DNA of 64,000 nucleotides, taken from positions 4,912 to 68,911 of the IMG/VR virus record IMGVR_UViG_3300042562_003539, one strand, 5' to 3'. This document shows positions 26,306 to 36,703 of this stretch, piece by piece (position 1 is the stretch's first letter; every line of letters begins with the position of its first letter). Made by a program: the position numbers and the translations under genes. The stretch is from a virus. The notes beneath the pieces were generated by a model. That model was not told the origin of the DNA and made no database searches. It saw only the letters and a program-made list of their open reading frames with translations.

Positions 26306-27241
26306 TTATATTTCTCTGTAATATTTGTGTAAGGGACTTGTATAGAGGGTGTAATCTAAAAGAGCAGTTCTTATATAAAGACCATTCCTGACTTGTCTTT
26401 CATGATAGTCAGCACGAGAATCATCATCTATGTCTTCACTAATTTCTTCATTTCTAGGGAGAGGATGAAGAATTGCAGCGTTTTCTTTGATTTTATTGAT
26501 ATTGGTTTTGTCAATCTTAAAGAAATCTAGAGAACCACTGACACCTTTGAATCTTTCTTTTTGGATTCTGGTCATATAAATGACATCGATTTCTGGAAGA
26601 ATGTCATTTGCGTCACATATTTCAACATTTTTACAAGGAATATTTGCAAGGTATTTTTCAGGTATGCTCAAATCACAATCTGCATGATCAGTGGCAGCGC
26701 AATAATATATTTTGCAACCATAAATGTGAAGAAGTTCAATAAGACTGTGTATTGTTCTTCCGTTTTTAAGATCTCCACACAACATAACCTTAAGATTACT
26801 GACATCTTTCCATTTTTGTTTAATTGTGTGAAGGTCAAGAAGTGCCTGTGTTGGATGTTCCCCAGATCCACTTCCTGCATTAATTACTGGAACACGAGAA
26901 TATGCTCTTGCTATTTCTGGCCAGCTTGAATCACCATGACGCATAATTATAGCATCAGAATACTGGCCAAGGGTGCGAAATGTATCCTTGAGGCTTTCAC
27001 CTTTGATTAAACTGCTACTTGAAGATGCATCAGCAGCCGTAACACATCTTCCTCCAAGCCAATGCATTGCTCGCTCAAAGGAAAATCTGGTTCTAGTAGA
27101 AGGTTCTGCAAAAAACGAAGAAATACATTTGTTGTTCATTTGGCGACAAAATTCCCAATTCTTTTCAATGTCTGTCGCAATTTCTAAAACAGTTTCAATT
27201 TGATCTTTAGTGAAGTCGGAAATGGACAAAAAATGACGCAT
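26306..27241 (-). CDS. pyrB: aspartate carbamoyltransferase catalytic subunit
   Basis: FAEPSTRTRFSF, KGESLKDT, INAGSGSGEHPTQALLD, GDLKNGRT, YMTRIQKER, HPLPR; start may extend to 27271. Confidence 0.95.
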   Translation of the reverse strand: MRHFLSISDFTKDQIETVLEIATDIEKNWEFCRQMNNKCISSFFAEPSTRTRFSFERAMHWLGGRCVTAADASSSSSLIKGESLKDTFRTLGQYSDAIIMRHGDSSWPEIARAYSRVPVINAGSGSGEHPTQALLDLHTIKQKWKDVSNLKVMLCGDLKNGRTIHSLIELLHIYGCKIYYCAATDHADCDLSIPEKYLANIPCKNVEICDANDILPEIDVIYMTRIQKERFKGVSGSLDFFKIDKTNINKIKENAAILHPLPRNEEISEDIDDDSRADYHERQVRNGLYIRTALLDYTLYTSPLHKYYREI

Positions 27242-27290
27242 TTGTTCATCTCGTAATTTTTTGCTTGACAATTAATTATATGTTGAGAAC

Positions 27291-28106
27291 TTAGTACTGC
27301 AAGAAAATTTTAATGATATTTTCAACTATTTCATGATCATCTTGCTTTGGGGAAAACATTTCATCCCACTGAGAAGGCTGAACATAAAACTTTCTTTCTC
27401 TTGAACTACTGTCAATATCGTAGCCAAAACATCTAATCATGCCTTTTTTTGGATAGTAGATCAAATCAATGTTGAACTGTTCAGCCCTCCCAGTTTTTCC
27501 GTTATATGGAGTTCCAACACCTTGGCCTCTGAATTCATAGACAAGCTTGTAATAATTTTCATCCTGTTTCCTTAACTGTGTTGGAAACATAATATAAGAA
27601 GGATGTTGCTTTTTAGTTGCATACCACAATTTTTGTGCAAGTCGTTCTAATTCTGTGTACCCTTTCTCTGGACCATCAATTTCTTTTTGATTTATTTCAT
27701 TCATTTTTTCATAAACATCATTCGCAATATTAGATTCATTGCTTTGATCATCAAAATCACTTATTGTATGAATGCTTTTACAGATCCAACTATCATTTCC
27801 TTCTAAGTCTTTTGTTAATCTGCGAGTCACAACTCTCATAGAGCCAAGAGGCGTCAATTCAATTTTAAAGGCACCAGCTTGATCGCCATATTGTATCACA
27901 TCATTAAAAGTTTGCTTTGCTTCAGTAGCAGGTATAATAGATGGCATTTTTATAAGCTCAGAAATAATTAAATTTGGATTTATTCTTTTAAATAAGTCAT
28001 CACCTTTCATTACATCTGTGCCACCTAGAATTTGATCCAGTGGATCGCCAAAACCATAATTGGCCATTTCTTTTACAAGCCAATATTTGAAAGACAATCT
28101 GTTCAT
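27291..28106 (-). CDS. hypothetical protein with capsid-targeting-like N-terminus
   Basis: 271 aa, begins MNRLSFKYWLVKE. Confidence 0.75.
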   Translation of the reverse strand: MNRLSFKYWLVKEMANYGFGDPLDQILGGTDVMKGDDLFKRINPNLIISELIKMPSIIPATEAKQTFNDVIQYGDQAGAFKIELTPLGSMRVVTRRLTKDLEGNDSWICKSIHTISDFDDQSNESNIANDVYEKMNEINQKEIDGPEKGYTELERLAQKLWYATKKQHPSYIMFPTQLRKQDENYYKLVYEFRGQGVGTPYNGKTGRAEQFNIDLIYYPKKGMIRCFGYDIDSSSRERKFYVQPSQWDEMFSPKQDDHEIVENIIKIFLQY

Positions 28107-28155
28107 GCAATATATACCAATCGCATAAACAGTATTTATTATTGGAATAAATAAA

Positions 28156-28449
28156 ATGAAAAATTTTTCTTTTCAAACTTGGTTAGAAGATAAGCAAGAT
28201 GATTATAATTTTTACAAAGATTTAATTTTAGGAAAATTGAATTATAATAAAAAGAATAAAATTAATAGTGTTTCAACTTCTTTAAAATTATGGAATCCGC
28301 CTGATAATTTAATAAGCCTACTTGACAATTTAGGCGAATTCAAGAATTTAGATGACAAAATTCAAAAACAGGTTAAAGATAAAATATTAAGCCAAGAAGG
28401 AACATTAGGAGACATTATTGATTTGATGTCCAAAGATAGAAAAAAATAG
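28156..28449 (+). CDS. hypothetical protein with capsid-targeting-like N-terminus
   Basis: 97 aa, begins MKNFSFQTWLED. Confidence 0.7.
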   Translation: MKNFSFQTWLEDKQDDYNFYKDLILGKLNYNKKNKINSVSTSLKLWNPPDNLISLLDNLGEFKNLDDKIQKQVKDKILSQEGTLGDIIDLMSKDRKK

Positions 28450-28473
28450 ATGGGTTCGCACGATAAATAAGAC

Positions 28474-28725
28474 ATGGCAACAAAAAAAACAACTTGTAAT
28501 TTACCAGCTGGATTGAGCGAGTGTTGCATCAATCCATCTATTGTTTTTAAATGTCCTCCACATAAATCTTCAGAAGTATGTGTAGACAATCAAAGCGATG
28601 GAGCTTATGTTCCTCGCACTGTTTCTTATGAAGAAGCATATCGTCAATGTAAGTATATCAAGCAAACAAGTTATCAAGGACAATATAAGCAATTTGGCAG
28701 CGCCTTCTCAAATAGCTTCAAATAG
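28474..28725 (+). CDS. small Cys-containing hypothetical protein
   Basis: 83-aa ORF upstream of the collagen genes. Confidence 0.55.
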   Translation: MATKKTTCNLPAGLSECCINPSIVFKCPPHKSSEVCVDNQSDGAYVPRTVSYEEAYRQCKYIKQTSYQGQYKQFGSAFSNSFK

Positions 28726-28732
28726 GAAAAAA

Positions 28733-30217
28733 ATGATAAATCAAGGTAATCAAGAAAATTTTGATAACAAAGAAGAATTATTAATCAATAATTCCGCCTA
28801 CGTCAAAGCTTTACAGCTTGGAGAACAAGGATATCAAGGATATCAAGGAACTAAAGGAACTCAAGGAACTCAAGGTTATCAAGGACCCGGAATAGGATCT
28901 CAAGGAAGACAAGGACATCAAGGAAGACAAGGAGAGCAAGGAGAGCAAGGATATCAAGGAAGACAAGGAAGACAAGGTCTGCAAGGAGAAAAAGGACTAA
29001 CGGGACCACAAGGAGGATTAGGATTAACAGGAGTAAAAGGGGATAAAGGGAATCAGGGTCAACAAGGAGAAAAAGGATCTGTAGGCATAGGAAACCAAGG
29101 ACAACAAGGAAATCTAGGACTTCAAGGACGACAAGGAAATAAAGGACTTCAAGGAGACTTTGGAAATCAAGGAGAAAGAGGAAATCAAGGTTTACAAGGA
29201 AGAGACGGTTTTCAAGGCACTATTGGATTTCAAGGTCGTCAGGGATTTCAAGGAAATCAAGGAAATCAAGGTTTTCAAGGATTTCAAGGTCGCCAAGGAT
29301 TTCAAGGCCGTCAAGGAGAAAAGGGCTATCAAGGCAGTCAAGGTTTTCAGGGATATCAAGGTCATCAAGGTCGTCAAGGATTTCAAGGTCGCCAAGGATA
29401 TCAAGGTCATCAAGGATATCAAGGATATCAAGGTCATCAAGGACGCCAAGGATTTCAAGGTCGCCAAGGATTTCAAGGTCATCAAGGATTTCAAGGTCGC
29501 CAAGGATTTCAAGGTCACCAAGGATTTCAAGGTCGCCAAGGAGAAAAAGGATTAATTGGAGTTCAAGGAGCAATAGGATTAACTGGGGCAATAGGCCCAC
29601 AAGGAAAACAAGGAATAAACGGCTTAGGAGGAGTTGTTGGTCCGAAAGGGTCTCAAGGCGCTCAAGGCGCAATAGGGCCGAAAGGATCAACAGGATCAAC
29701 AGGCCCCAAAGGAGCAACAGGTGCGACAGGCCCCACAGGAGCAACAGGTGCGACAGGAGCAAAAGGATCAACAGGAGCAAAAGGAGCACAAGGTTCAGCA
29801 GGAGCTAAAAATGCAATTGTTCCAATTATACAAGAATATTCTGAAAAATATGTTGGCTTGTCTTGCGTAGAAATGCCTGAAGTTCGGTTTGAAGATTTAG
29901 TTTTTACAGTTATTGGCAATCAAGGCACTAACAATCATAAAGATTTTATTAAATTAAATGATAGTTTTGTGCAAGTTTGCGATCCTCAGTCAATTGTCGT
30001 CGTCAGTGTAGTTCCATCAGCTCCAATTAACATTGGAGCATACATAGAAGGTGAATTTTTGTTTATCGAAGCAGAAAGCGAAAAGTTAATTGAAAATGAA
30101 ATAAAATTAACAATTAGACTATCAGGAATTAGATTGGGCTTTAGCGGCAGAAGATTTGTTGAATACACATACAAAGAAATGATTAAAAACAATCAATTTT
30201 GGAATAGTTGGGAATAA
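28733..30217 (+). CDS. collagen-like fibre protein 1 (Gly-X-Gln)
   Basis: Long G-X-Q / G-X-K / G-X-T triplet run; C-terminal [11 protein letters not shown] domain; start MINQG after AGGA. Confidence 0.85.
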   Translation: MINQGNQENFDNKEELLINNSAYVKALQLGEQGYQGYQGTKGTQGTQGYQGPGIGSQGRQGHQGRQGEQGEQGYQGRQGRQGLQGEKGLTGPQGGLGLTGVKGDKGNQGQQGEKGSVGIGNQGQQGNLGLQGRQGNKGLQGDFGNQGERGNQGLQGRDGFQGTIGFQGRQGFQGNQGNQGFQGFQGRQGFQGRQGEKGYQGSQGFQGYQGHQGRQGFQGRQGYQGHQGYQGYQGHQGRQGFQGRQGFQGHQGFQGRQGFQGHQGFQGRQGEKGLIGVQGAIGLTGAIGPQGKQGINGLGGVVGPKGSQGAQGAIGPKGSTGSTGPKGATGATGPTGATGATGAKGSTGAKGAQGSAGAKNAIVPIIQEYSEKYVGLSCVEMPEVRFEDLVFTVIGNQGTNNHKDFIKLNDSFVQVCDPQSIVVVSVVPSAPINIGAYIEGEFLFIEAESEKLIENEIKLTIRLSGIRLGFSGRRFVEYTYKEMIKNNQFWNSWE

Positions 30218-30255
30218 GCTATTTTATAATAAATCAAAAAAAGTATAGGAATAAA

Positions 30256-33200
30256 ATGGCAAATCAATGCAATCAATCAGCAACGCAAAGAACAGAAGAA
30301 GAATTATTGTGTGTTTTTGCAGACAATAACCAAGGTGGAATTACCGCACAAGATCTGCGAGATTTTGTTGTTTCGACTCAAATTGGACAGTCAAAACAAG
30401 GACCACAAGGAAACCAAGGGCAATCTGGCTCACAAGGCAACCAAGGCTCACAAGGAAGAGCAGGGTCTCAAGGCGCTCAAGGTGGTCCTAGTATTGTTGC
30501 GGGTCCACAAGGCGCACAAGGTACAAAAGGAAATCAAGGAAATCAAGGATTACAAGGAAATCAAGGAACTATTGGCCTTCAAGGCAGTCCTGATGGATTC
30601 CAAGGAATTCAAGGTCTTCAGGGCGAACAAGGAATCAAAGGTGAACAAGGTCTTCAAGGCGAACAAGGAATCCAAGGTGCTGGATTTCAAGGAGATATTG
30701 GCCTACAAGGCTATCAAGGGTTCCAAGGTCAAGGATATCAAGGACAAAAGGGAAGTCAAGGAATTGATGGAGCACAAGGACAACAAGGCGTTCAAGGTTT
30801 TCAAGGACCGCAAGGTGGAAAAGGCGCACAAGGAACAACAGGCGCAACAGGGATTGGAACACAAGGCGTTCAAGGGCTTCAAGGACTACAAGGCAATCAG
30901 GGAATTCAAGGCGCTGGATATCAAGGCGCTCAAGGATATCAAGGAAGACAAGGAACTATTGGATTACAAGGAACTATTGGATTACAAGGACAACAAGGAC
31001 AACAAGGCCAACAAGGATTTCAAGGACATCAAGGAAGACAAGGTTTAATAGGAAATCAAGGCGAAAAAGGGTTCCAAGGAGAACAAGGGCGACAAGGATT
31101 TCAAGGACATCAAGGAAGACAAGGTTTAATAGGAAATCAAGGCGAAAAAGGGTTCCAAGGAGAACAAGGGCGACAAGGATTTCAAGGCCGTCAAGGGTTA
31201 ACTGGAAATCAAGGATCAACTGGAAATCAAGGCGAAAAAGGGTTCCAAGGAAATCAAGGAAACCAAGGACAAGGATTCCAAGGAAATCAAGGATTCCAAG
31301 GATTCCAAGGAAATCAAGGATTCCAAGGATTCCAAGGATTCCAAGGATTCCAAGGATATCAAGGATTAGGATATCAAGGATACCAAAGCAACCAAGGATT
31401 CCAAGGGCTTCAAGGTTTCCAAGGAAATCAAGGCGAACAAGGGCTTCAAGGTTTCCAAGGAAATCAAGGCGAACAAGGCTATCAAAGTGAACAAGGATTT
31501 CAAGGTGAACAAGGAAGACAAGGAAGACAAGGCGAACAAGGATATCAAGGAGATAAAGGCGAACAAGGATATCAAGGATTTCAAGGAATACTAGGAAGTC
31601 AAGGATTTCAAGGAATACTAGGAAGTCAAGGAAATAAAGGAGATACTGGAAATCAAGGCGAACAAGGATATCAAGGAAATCAAGGCTATCAAGGTCATCA
31701 AGGATTTACTGGAATTCAAGGAGATAGAGGATATCAAGGATATCAAGGTAGACAAGGAAGACAAGGCGAACAAGGCGATGTTGGATTAACTGGCAATCAA
31801 GGAAGCCTAGGATATCAAGGAGAACAAGGATATCAAGGATTAGGATATCAAGGAGAAACAGGATATCAAGGATATCAAAGCAATCAAGGATACCAAGGAT
31901 ACCAAGGATATCAAGGAATACAAGGATATCAAGGACTAGGATATCAAGGAGAAACAGGATATCAAGGATATCAAAGCAATCAAGGATACCAAGGAAATCA
32001 AGGTGAACAAGGATATCAAGGACTAGGATATCAAGGAGAAACTGGAAATATAGGAGATGTAGGATATCAAGGATATCAAGGAAATCAAGGTGAACAAGGA
32101 TATGTAGGACAACAAGGAAGCGAAGGTGAGCGAGGATACCAAGGATATCAAGGAATCCAAGGATTTCAAGGTCGTCAAGGATACCAAGGAAATCAAGGAG
32201 ATAGAGGATATCAAGGATTTCAAGGAACTCAAGGAGCACAAGGAGATCTTGGATTAACTGGTTACCAAGGACAAATAGGCTATCAAGGTCTGCAAGGTGA
32301 ACAAGGATATCAAGGTTTTCAAGGGTTCCAAGGATATCAAGGACTAGGATATCAAGGGTTCCAAGGATATCAAGGGTTCCAAGGATATCAAGGGTTCCAA
32401 GGATATCAAGGATTTCAGGGATATCAAGGATTTCAGGGATTCCAAGGTACTATTGGAATTACTGGCGCTCAAGGCATAACTGGCGCTCAAGGATCTCAAG
32501 GATTCCAAGGCTATCAGGGAAATCAAGGATTCCAAGGGTTTCAAGGATTCCAAGGTTACCAAGGAAATCAAGGTCATCAAGGTTATCAAGGGCTACAAGG
32601 CTATCAAGGTTATCAAGGGCTGCAAGGATTTCAGGGAAATCAAGGAAATCAAGGGCTGCAAGGTAGTCCCGATGGATTTCAAGGAGGCCAAGGTTATCAA
32701 GGGTTCCAAGGTCATCAGGGAGAACAAGGCTATCAAGGAAATCAAGGATTCCAAGGGTTCCAAGGTCATCAAGGAAATCAAGGATTCCAAGGGTTTCAAG
32801 GTCATCAAGGAAATCAAGGATTCCAAGGGTTCCAAGGAAATCAGGGAGAACAAGGCTATCAGGGAAACCAAGGATTCCAAGGGTTCCAAGGATTTCAGGG
32901 AAACCAAGGCTATCAAGGGTTCCAAGGAAATCAAGGCAATCAGGGAGAACAAGGATTCCAAGGGTTCCAAGGATTTCAGGGAAACCAAGGCTATCAAGGG
33001 TTCCAAGGAAATCAAGGCAATCAGGGAGAACAAGGATTTCAAGGATTCCAAGGATTTCAGGGAAATCAAGGTAATCAGGGAGAACAAGGGGCTGGTTATC
33101 AAGGAAATCAAGGTTACCAAGGAAATCAAGGGCTGCAAGGTAGTCCCGATGGATTCCAAGGAGGCCAAGGCTATCAAGGGTTCCAAGGGTTACAAGGAAA

Positions 33201-35331
33201 TCAAGGCTATCAAGGGAACCAAGGCTATCAAGGGTTCCAAGGTCATCAGGGAGAACAAGGCTATCAGGGAAATCAAGGATTCCAAGGATTCCAAGGCCAT
33301 CAAGGAAATCAAGGATTCCAAGGGTTCCAAGGAAATCAGGGAGAACAAGGCTATCAGGGAAACCAAGGATTCCAAGGGTTCCAAGGTCATCAGGGAGAAC
33401 AAGGCTATCAGGGAAATCAAGGATTCCAAGGATTCCAAGGCCATCAAGGAAATCAAGGATTCCAAGGGTTCCAAGGTCATCAGGGAGAACAAGGCTATCA
33501 GGGAAATCAAGGATTCCAAGGGTTCCAAGGTCATCAAGGAGAACAAGGTTATCAGGGAAATCAAGGTTTTCAAGGATTCCAAGGTCATCAGGGAGAACAA
33601 GGCTATCAAGGAAATCAAGGATTCCAAGGATTCCAAGGTTATCAAGGAAATCAAGGGTTCCAAGGGTTTCAAGGAAATCAAGGATTCCAAGGATATCAAG
33701 GAAACTTGGGATATCAAGGAGATGCTGGTGAATCTGGTGTTCAAGGACCGCAAGGCATTACAGGCACTGGACTACAAGGCAATCAGGGATTACAAGGTCC
33801 TGCTGATGGATTTCAAGGATATCAAGGATATCAAGGATATCAAGGATCAATAGGGAGTCAAGGTGTTGCTGGAACAGGTGGTCAAGGCTATCAAGGAAAC
33901 CAAGGAACTCAGGGATATCAAGCATATCCTTTTGGATTTCAAGGCAGTCAAGGCAACGTAGGAAGCCAAGGATTCCAAGGACCAGCTAATGGTTTTCAAG
34001 GAAGACAAGGCGCACAAGGAAGACAAGGATTCCAAGGAAACCAAGGAAATCAAGGAGAACAAGGAAATCAAGGCAATCAAGGAGCAGGATTCCAAGGCAA
34101 TCAGGGATTGCAAGGCCCTGCCGATGGATTTCAAGGATATCAAGGTAACCAAGGATATCAAGGTAACCAAGGATATCAAGGTAACCAAGGAAGACAAGGA
34201 TATCAAGGAAGACAAGGATATCAAGGCAACCAAGGAAATCAAGGTTTTCAAGGTCCTGCCGATGGATTTCAAGGCATTCAAGGAAATCAAGGATCTTTAT
34301 TTGGTCCAAAATATAAGTATGAGTCGGTATATGGTAATCAAGCTCCATCTGCTGGTTATATTCACTTTAATAATGCAACAATAAGTAATGTAACTCAGAT
34401 TTACATCAAAAAAGTTGATTATAACGGTATAGATGAAGGAAATTACATCGAAGATTTTATTGTAAATAATTACATTTACATTGAATCCGACAATACAACA
34501 AATTTAGCAATATTTAATTCAAATGGAAGTCCCATTGGCTACCAGTCTGGGGGATATTCTGGATTTCCAATAGATTATTATTCAGTTCCAGTCAATTTTG
34601 TTTCTGGAAACGCATTAGTAAATCAAGAAATTTATAGCTTACTTACAGGAATAACAGGGAATCAAGGTTATCAAGGTTATCAAGGTTATCAAGGAAATCA
34701 GGGTACAATTGGGGCACAAGGAAATCAAGGTGGACCAGCTGGATTTCAAGGCCAAACAGGAGCACAAGGGCCTAAAGGCGATCAAGGCGATCAAGGTGAT
34801 CAAGGTGAGCCGGGTCCTCTAGGAGAACAAGGTCCTCCCGGCGAAAATGGTTCTGGATTGCAAGGTTCAGCCGGAGCACAAGGCGCACAAGGCGCAGAAG
34901 GTCCACAAGGTGATAAGTATGCGATCCTTCCTGTTGTTACTTCTCAAGGAACTGAATATGTTGAGCTTATATGTGTAGAAATGCCAGAAGTTAGATTTGA
35001 AGATATCGTCATATTCAAGGTTGGTGGACTTGGACATAAAACAGAAAATGTTTCAAAATTTATTGATGATCGGTTGTTACAAGTTTGTGCCTTTAACACA
35101 ATAAAACCTGTAAGTGTTGTTCCATCAATGCCAGTTATTGTTGGAGCTTATGTGAGAGACAATCTTATTATTATTGATGTGGAAAGCGATAAGCTTATCA
35201 ATAATCAAATTGAAGTGGTAGTGAGACTTTCTGGAATAAGGGCTGGCGCTGCACATAAGAGATTCGCAACCCATACCTACGAAGAAATGGTTAGGAATAA
35301 TACATTCTGGAGTAGATGGAGAGAAGGTTAA
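30256..35331 (+). CDS. giant collagen-like fibre protein 2 (Gly-X-Gln)
   Basis: ~1300 aa of G-X-Q triplets, one globular insert, same C-terminal [11 protein letters not shown] domain; start MANQC after AGGA. Confidence 0.88.
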   Translation: MANQCNQSATQRTEEELLCVFADNNQGGITAQDLRDFVVSTQIGQSKQGPQGNQGQSGSQGNQGSQGRAGSQGAQGGPSIVAGPQGAQGTKGNQGNQGLQGNQGTIGLQGSPDGFQGIQGLQGEQGIKGEQGLQGEQGIQGAGFQGDIGLQGYQGFQGQGYQGQKGSQGIDGAQGQQGVQGFQGPQGGKGAQGTTGATGIGTQGVQGLQGLQGNQGIQGAGYQGAQGYQGRQGTIGLQGTIGLQGQQGQQGQQGFQGHQGRQGLIGNQGEKGFQGEQGRQGFQGHQGRQGLIGNQGEKGFQGEQGRQGFQGRQGLTGNQGSTGNQGEKGFQGNQGNQGQGFQGNQGFQGFQGNQGFQGFQGFQGFQGYQGLGYQGYQSNQGFQGLQGFQGNQGEQGLQGFQGNQGEQGYQSEQGFQGEQGRQGRQGEQGYQGDKGEQGYQGFQGILGSQGFQGILGSQGNKGDTGNQGEQGYQGNQGYQGHQGFTGIQGDRGYQGYQGRQGRQGEQGDVGLTGNQGSLGYQGEQGYQGLGYQGETGYQGYQSNQGYQGYQGYQGIQGYQGLGYQGETGYQGYQSNQGYQGNQGEQGYQGLGYQGETGNIGDVGYQGYQGNQGEQGYVGQQGSEGERGYQGYQGIQGFQGRQGYQGNQGDRGYQGFQGTQGAQGDLGLTGYQGQIGYQGLQGEQGYQGFQGFQGYQGLGYQGFQGYQGFQGYQGFQGYQGFQGYQGFQGFQGTIGITGAQGITGAQGSQGFQGYQGNQGFQGFQGFQGYQGNQGHQGYQGLQGYQGYQGLQGFQGNQGNQGLQGSPDGFQGGQGYQGFQGHQGEQGYQGNQGFQGFQGHQGNQGFQGFQGHQGNQGFQGFQGNQGEQGYQGNQGFQGFQGFQGNQGYQGFQGNQGNQGEQGFQGFQGFQGNQGYQGFQGNQGNQGEQGFQGFQGFQGNQGNQGEQGAGYQGNQGYQGNQGLQGSPDGFQGGQGYQGFQGLQGNQGYQGNQGYQGFQGHQGEQGYQGNQGFQGFQGHQGNQGFQGFQGNQGEQGYQGNQGFQGFQGHQGEQGYQGNQGFQGFQGHQGNQGFQGFQGHQGEQGYQGNQGFQGFQGHQGEQGYQGNQGFQGFQGHQGEQGYQGNQGFQGFQGYQGNQGFQGFQGNQGFQGYQGNLGYQGDAGESGVQGPQGITGTGLQGNQGLQGPADGFQGYQGYQGYQGSIGSQGVAGTGGQGYQGNQGTQGYQAYPFGFQGSQGNVGSQGFQGPANGFQGRQGAQGRQGFQGNQGNQGEQGNQGNQGAGFQGNQGLQGPADGFQGYQGNQGYQGNQGYQGNQGRQGYQGRQGYQGNQGNQGFQGPADGFQGIQGNQGSLFGPKYKYESVYGNQAPSAGYIHFNNATISNVTQIYIKKVDYNGIDEGNYIEDFIVNNYIYIESDNTTNLAIFNSNGSPIGYQSGGYSGFPIDYYSVPVNFVSGNALVNQEIYSLLTGITGNQGYQGYQGYQGNQGTIGAQGNQGGPAGFQGQTGAQGPKGDQGDQGDQGEPGPLGEQGPPGENGSGLQGSAGAQGAQGAEGPQGDKYAILPVVTSQGTEYVELICVEMPEVRFEDIVIFKVGGLGHKTENVSKFIDDRLLQVCAFNTIKPVSVVPSMPVIVGAYVRDNLIIIDVESDKLINNQIEVVVRLSGIRAGAAHKRFATHTYEEMVRNNTFWSRWREG
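30400..34295 (+). repeat. 9-bp-period coding repeat (CAAGGNNNN)n
   Basis: caagga/caaggt recurring every 9 nt; higher-order duplications of 27-81 nt visible. Confidence 0.9.
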
Positions 35332-35334
35332 ATT

Positions 35335-35874
35335 TTACAGAATATAACCAAGTATGGTTCCTTCAAAGTCACAACCAACAGAAGCTTCATGAGTTACTTT
35401 CAAAACGATTGTAACTCCTTCTGGGACTTTGATCGGAGAATAACTGTAAGTTAAATTGAGTGTTAAATTTGCCACTGAACTACGACCAGCTAGAACTGGA
35501 TCGCCATCAACATAAAGCTTAAAAAGCGCATTAGCGTTTCCGCTAACATTAACCCCAATAAAATAAAATGTTTTATCTGCTGGAACAGTATAAGTAACAA
35601 CTGTTGTTTCGGTTGATGTTAAAACAAGAGCTACATCTCCAAACGTATTTGCTTCAGTCCCGGGATAACTAGGAACTATTGGCCGAGTTACTAAACCGAA
35701 CTCATCTCCAATAGGATTAGTCACTTGCGCTGGGACTATGTCATCAATACCTTCCCCTGTAATGACAACACGGGGTCTTTTACGATTGGTCGGAGACGAT
35801 GGATAAACCACAAGTGATTCATCCATGACATCCCCGCCAACGCCGGGATTAAGTATTGTGTAATCATCAGCCAT
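35335..35874 (-). CDS. hypothetical beta-rich protein, probably virion-associated
   Basis: 179 aa, AAGGAG RBS, YTVPADKTFY-type beta pattern. Confidence 0.7.
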   Translation of the reverse strand: MADDYTILNPGVGGDVMDESLVVYPSSPTNRKRPRVVITGEGIDDIVPAQVTNPIGDEFGLVTRPIVPSYPGTEANTFGDVALVLTSTETTVVTYTVPADKTFYFIGVNVSGNANALFKLYVDGDPVLAGRSSVANLTLNLTYSYSPIKVPEGVTIVLKVTHEASVGCDFEGTILGYIL

Positions 35875-35992
35875 ATTTGACTTTTCTCCTTATATATTTA
35901 GCACTTGATGCCACAAAACTTATTCTTCTTGAATTTTCTCAAAAACTCCTGTACAATAAGCACTTGGAGACCGTTCTAATGAGGCCAAAATC

Positions 35993-36622
35993 GTGAAATT
36001 CGCCAGCATTGACATTGAAACAACAGGTCTTTCTCAGGAAAACTGTGACATATTACAGTTTGCTGTTGTTTTGGATGATTTGAAAAACCCAAAACCACTT
36101 GAAGAACTTCCTCGATTCCAAGCTATATTTATGCAGGATAACTATAAGGGTAATCCATTCGCTTTGAGTATGCATTCAGAAATATTCAAAAAAATTGATA
36201 TGGCTAAAAAGAAAAATCTGGAATATTGCCCAGACCAAGACATTTATTTCATGCCCATAGATCACTTGCCAACCGCTCTTACCGCCTTTTTTCTCAAAAA
36301 TGGTTATAATCAAAATGATAAAAATGGCAATATTTATATAAATCCAGCAGGTAAGAATTTATCTTCTTTCGACATTCCTTTCCTTAAATCAAAAATCAAG
36401 GATTGGGGAAGCATTTACTTTCTTAATCGCTCTATAGATCCTGCTATATTGTATTTTGATTTGGAAAATGATCATTCTCTTCCTGACATGAAAAAATGCA
36501 TGGAAAGAGCAGGCATCGCAGGAGAAGTTGCCCATACTGCTCTTGAAGACGCTTTAGTTGTGATTAAACTTTTGAGACACAAGTTGATAAATAAAGAATG
36601 TGTTGCGGAAGAAAAAAGGTGA
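35993..36622 (+). CDS. DEDDh 3'-5' exonuclease (DnaQ/oligoribonuclease-like)
   Basis: IDIETTG, N.SSFDIPFL, SID, HTALEDA; upstream TTGAAT-N17-TACAAT (35929-35957). Confidence 0.88.
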   Translation: MKFASIDIETTGLSQENCDILQFAVVLDDLKNPKPLEELPRFQAIFMQDNYKGNPFALSMHSEIFKKIDMAKKKNLEYCPDQDIYFMPIDHLPTALTAFFLKNGYNQNDKNGNIYINPAGKNLSSFDIPFLKSKIKDWGSIYFLNRSIDPAILYFDLENDHSLPDMKKCMERAGIAGEVAHTALEDALVVIKLLRHKLINKECVAEEKR

Positions 36623-36703
36623 AAAAGAGGAAGACTACAGGACCAAGATCTGGTCTGACTAAGTCTCGTGCAAAAGTGCAATCTCAGGAGAAGTTAAAAA
36701 AAG

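Noticed and set aside
28800-34300. Repeat arrays as possible CRISPR or satellite DNA
   Set aside because: No constant repeat with unique spacers; period is 9 nt and in frame with Gly-X-Gln.
29160-34384. Many alternative-frame and antisense ORFs (KDFKV.., LISL.., LDIL..) over the collagen genes
   Set aside because: By-products of the 9-bp coding periodicity; no RBS or independent features.
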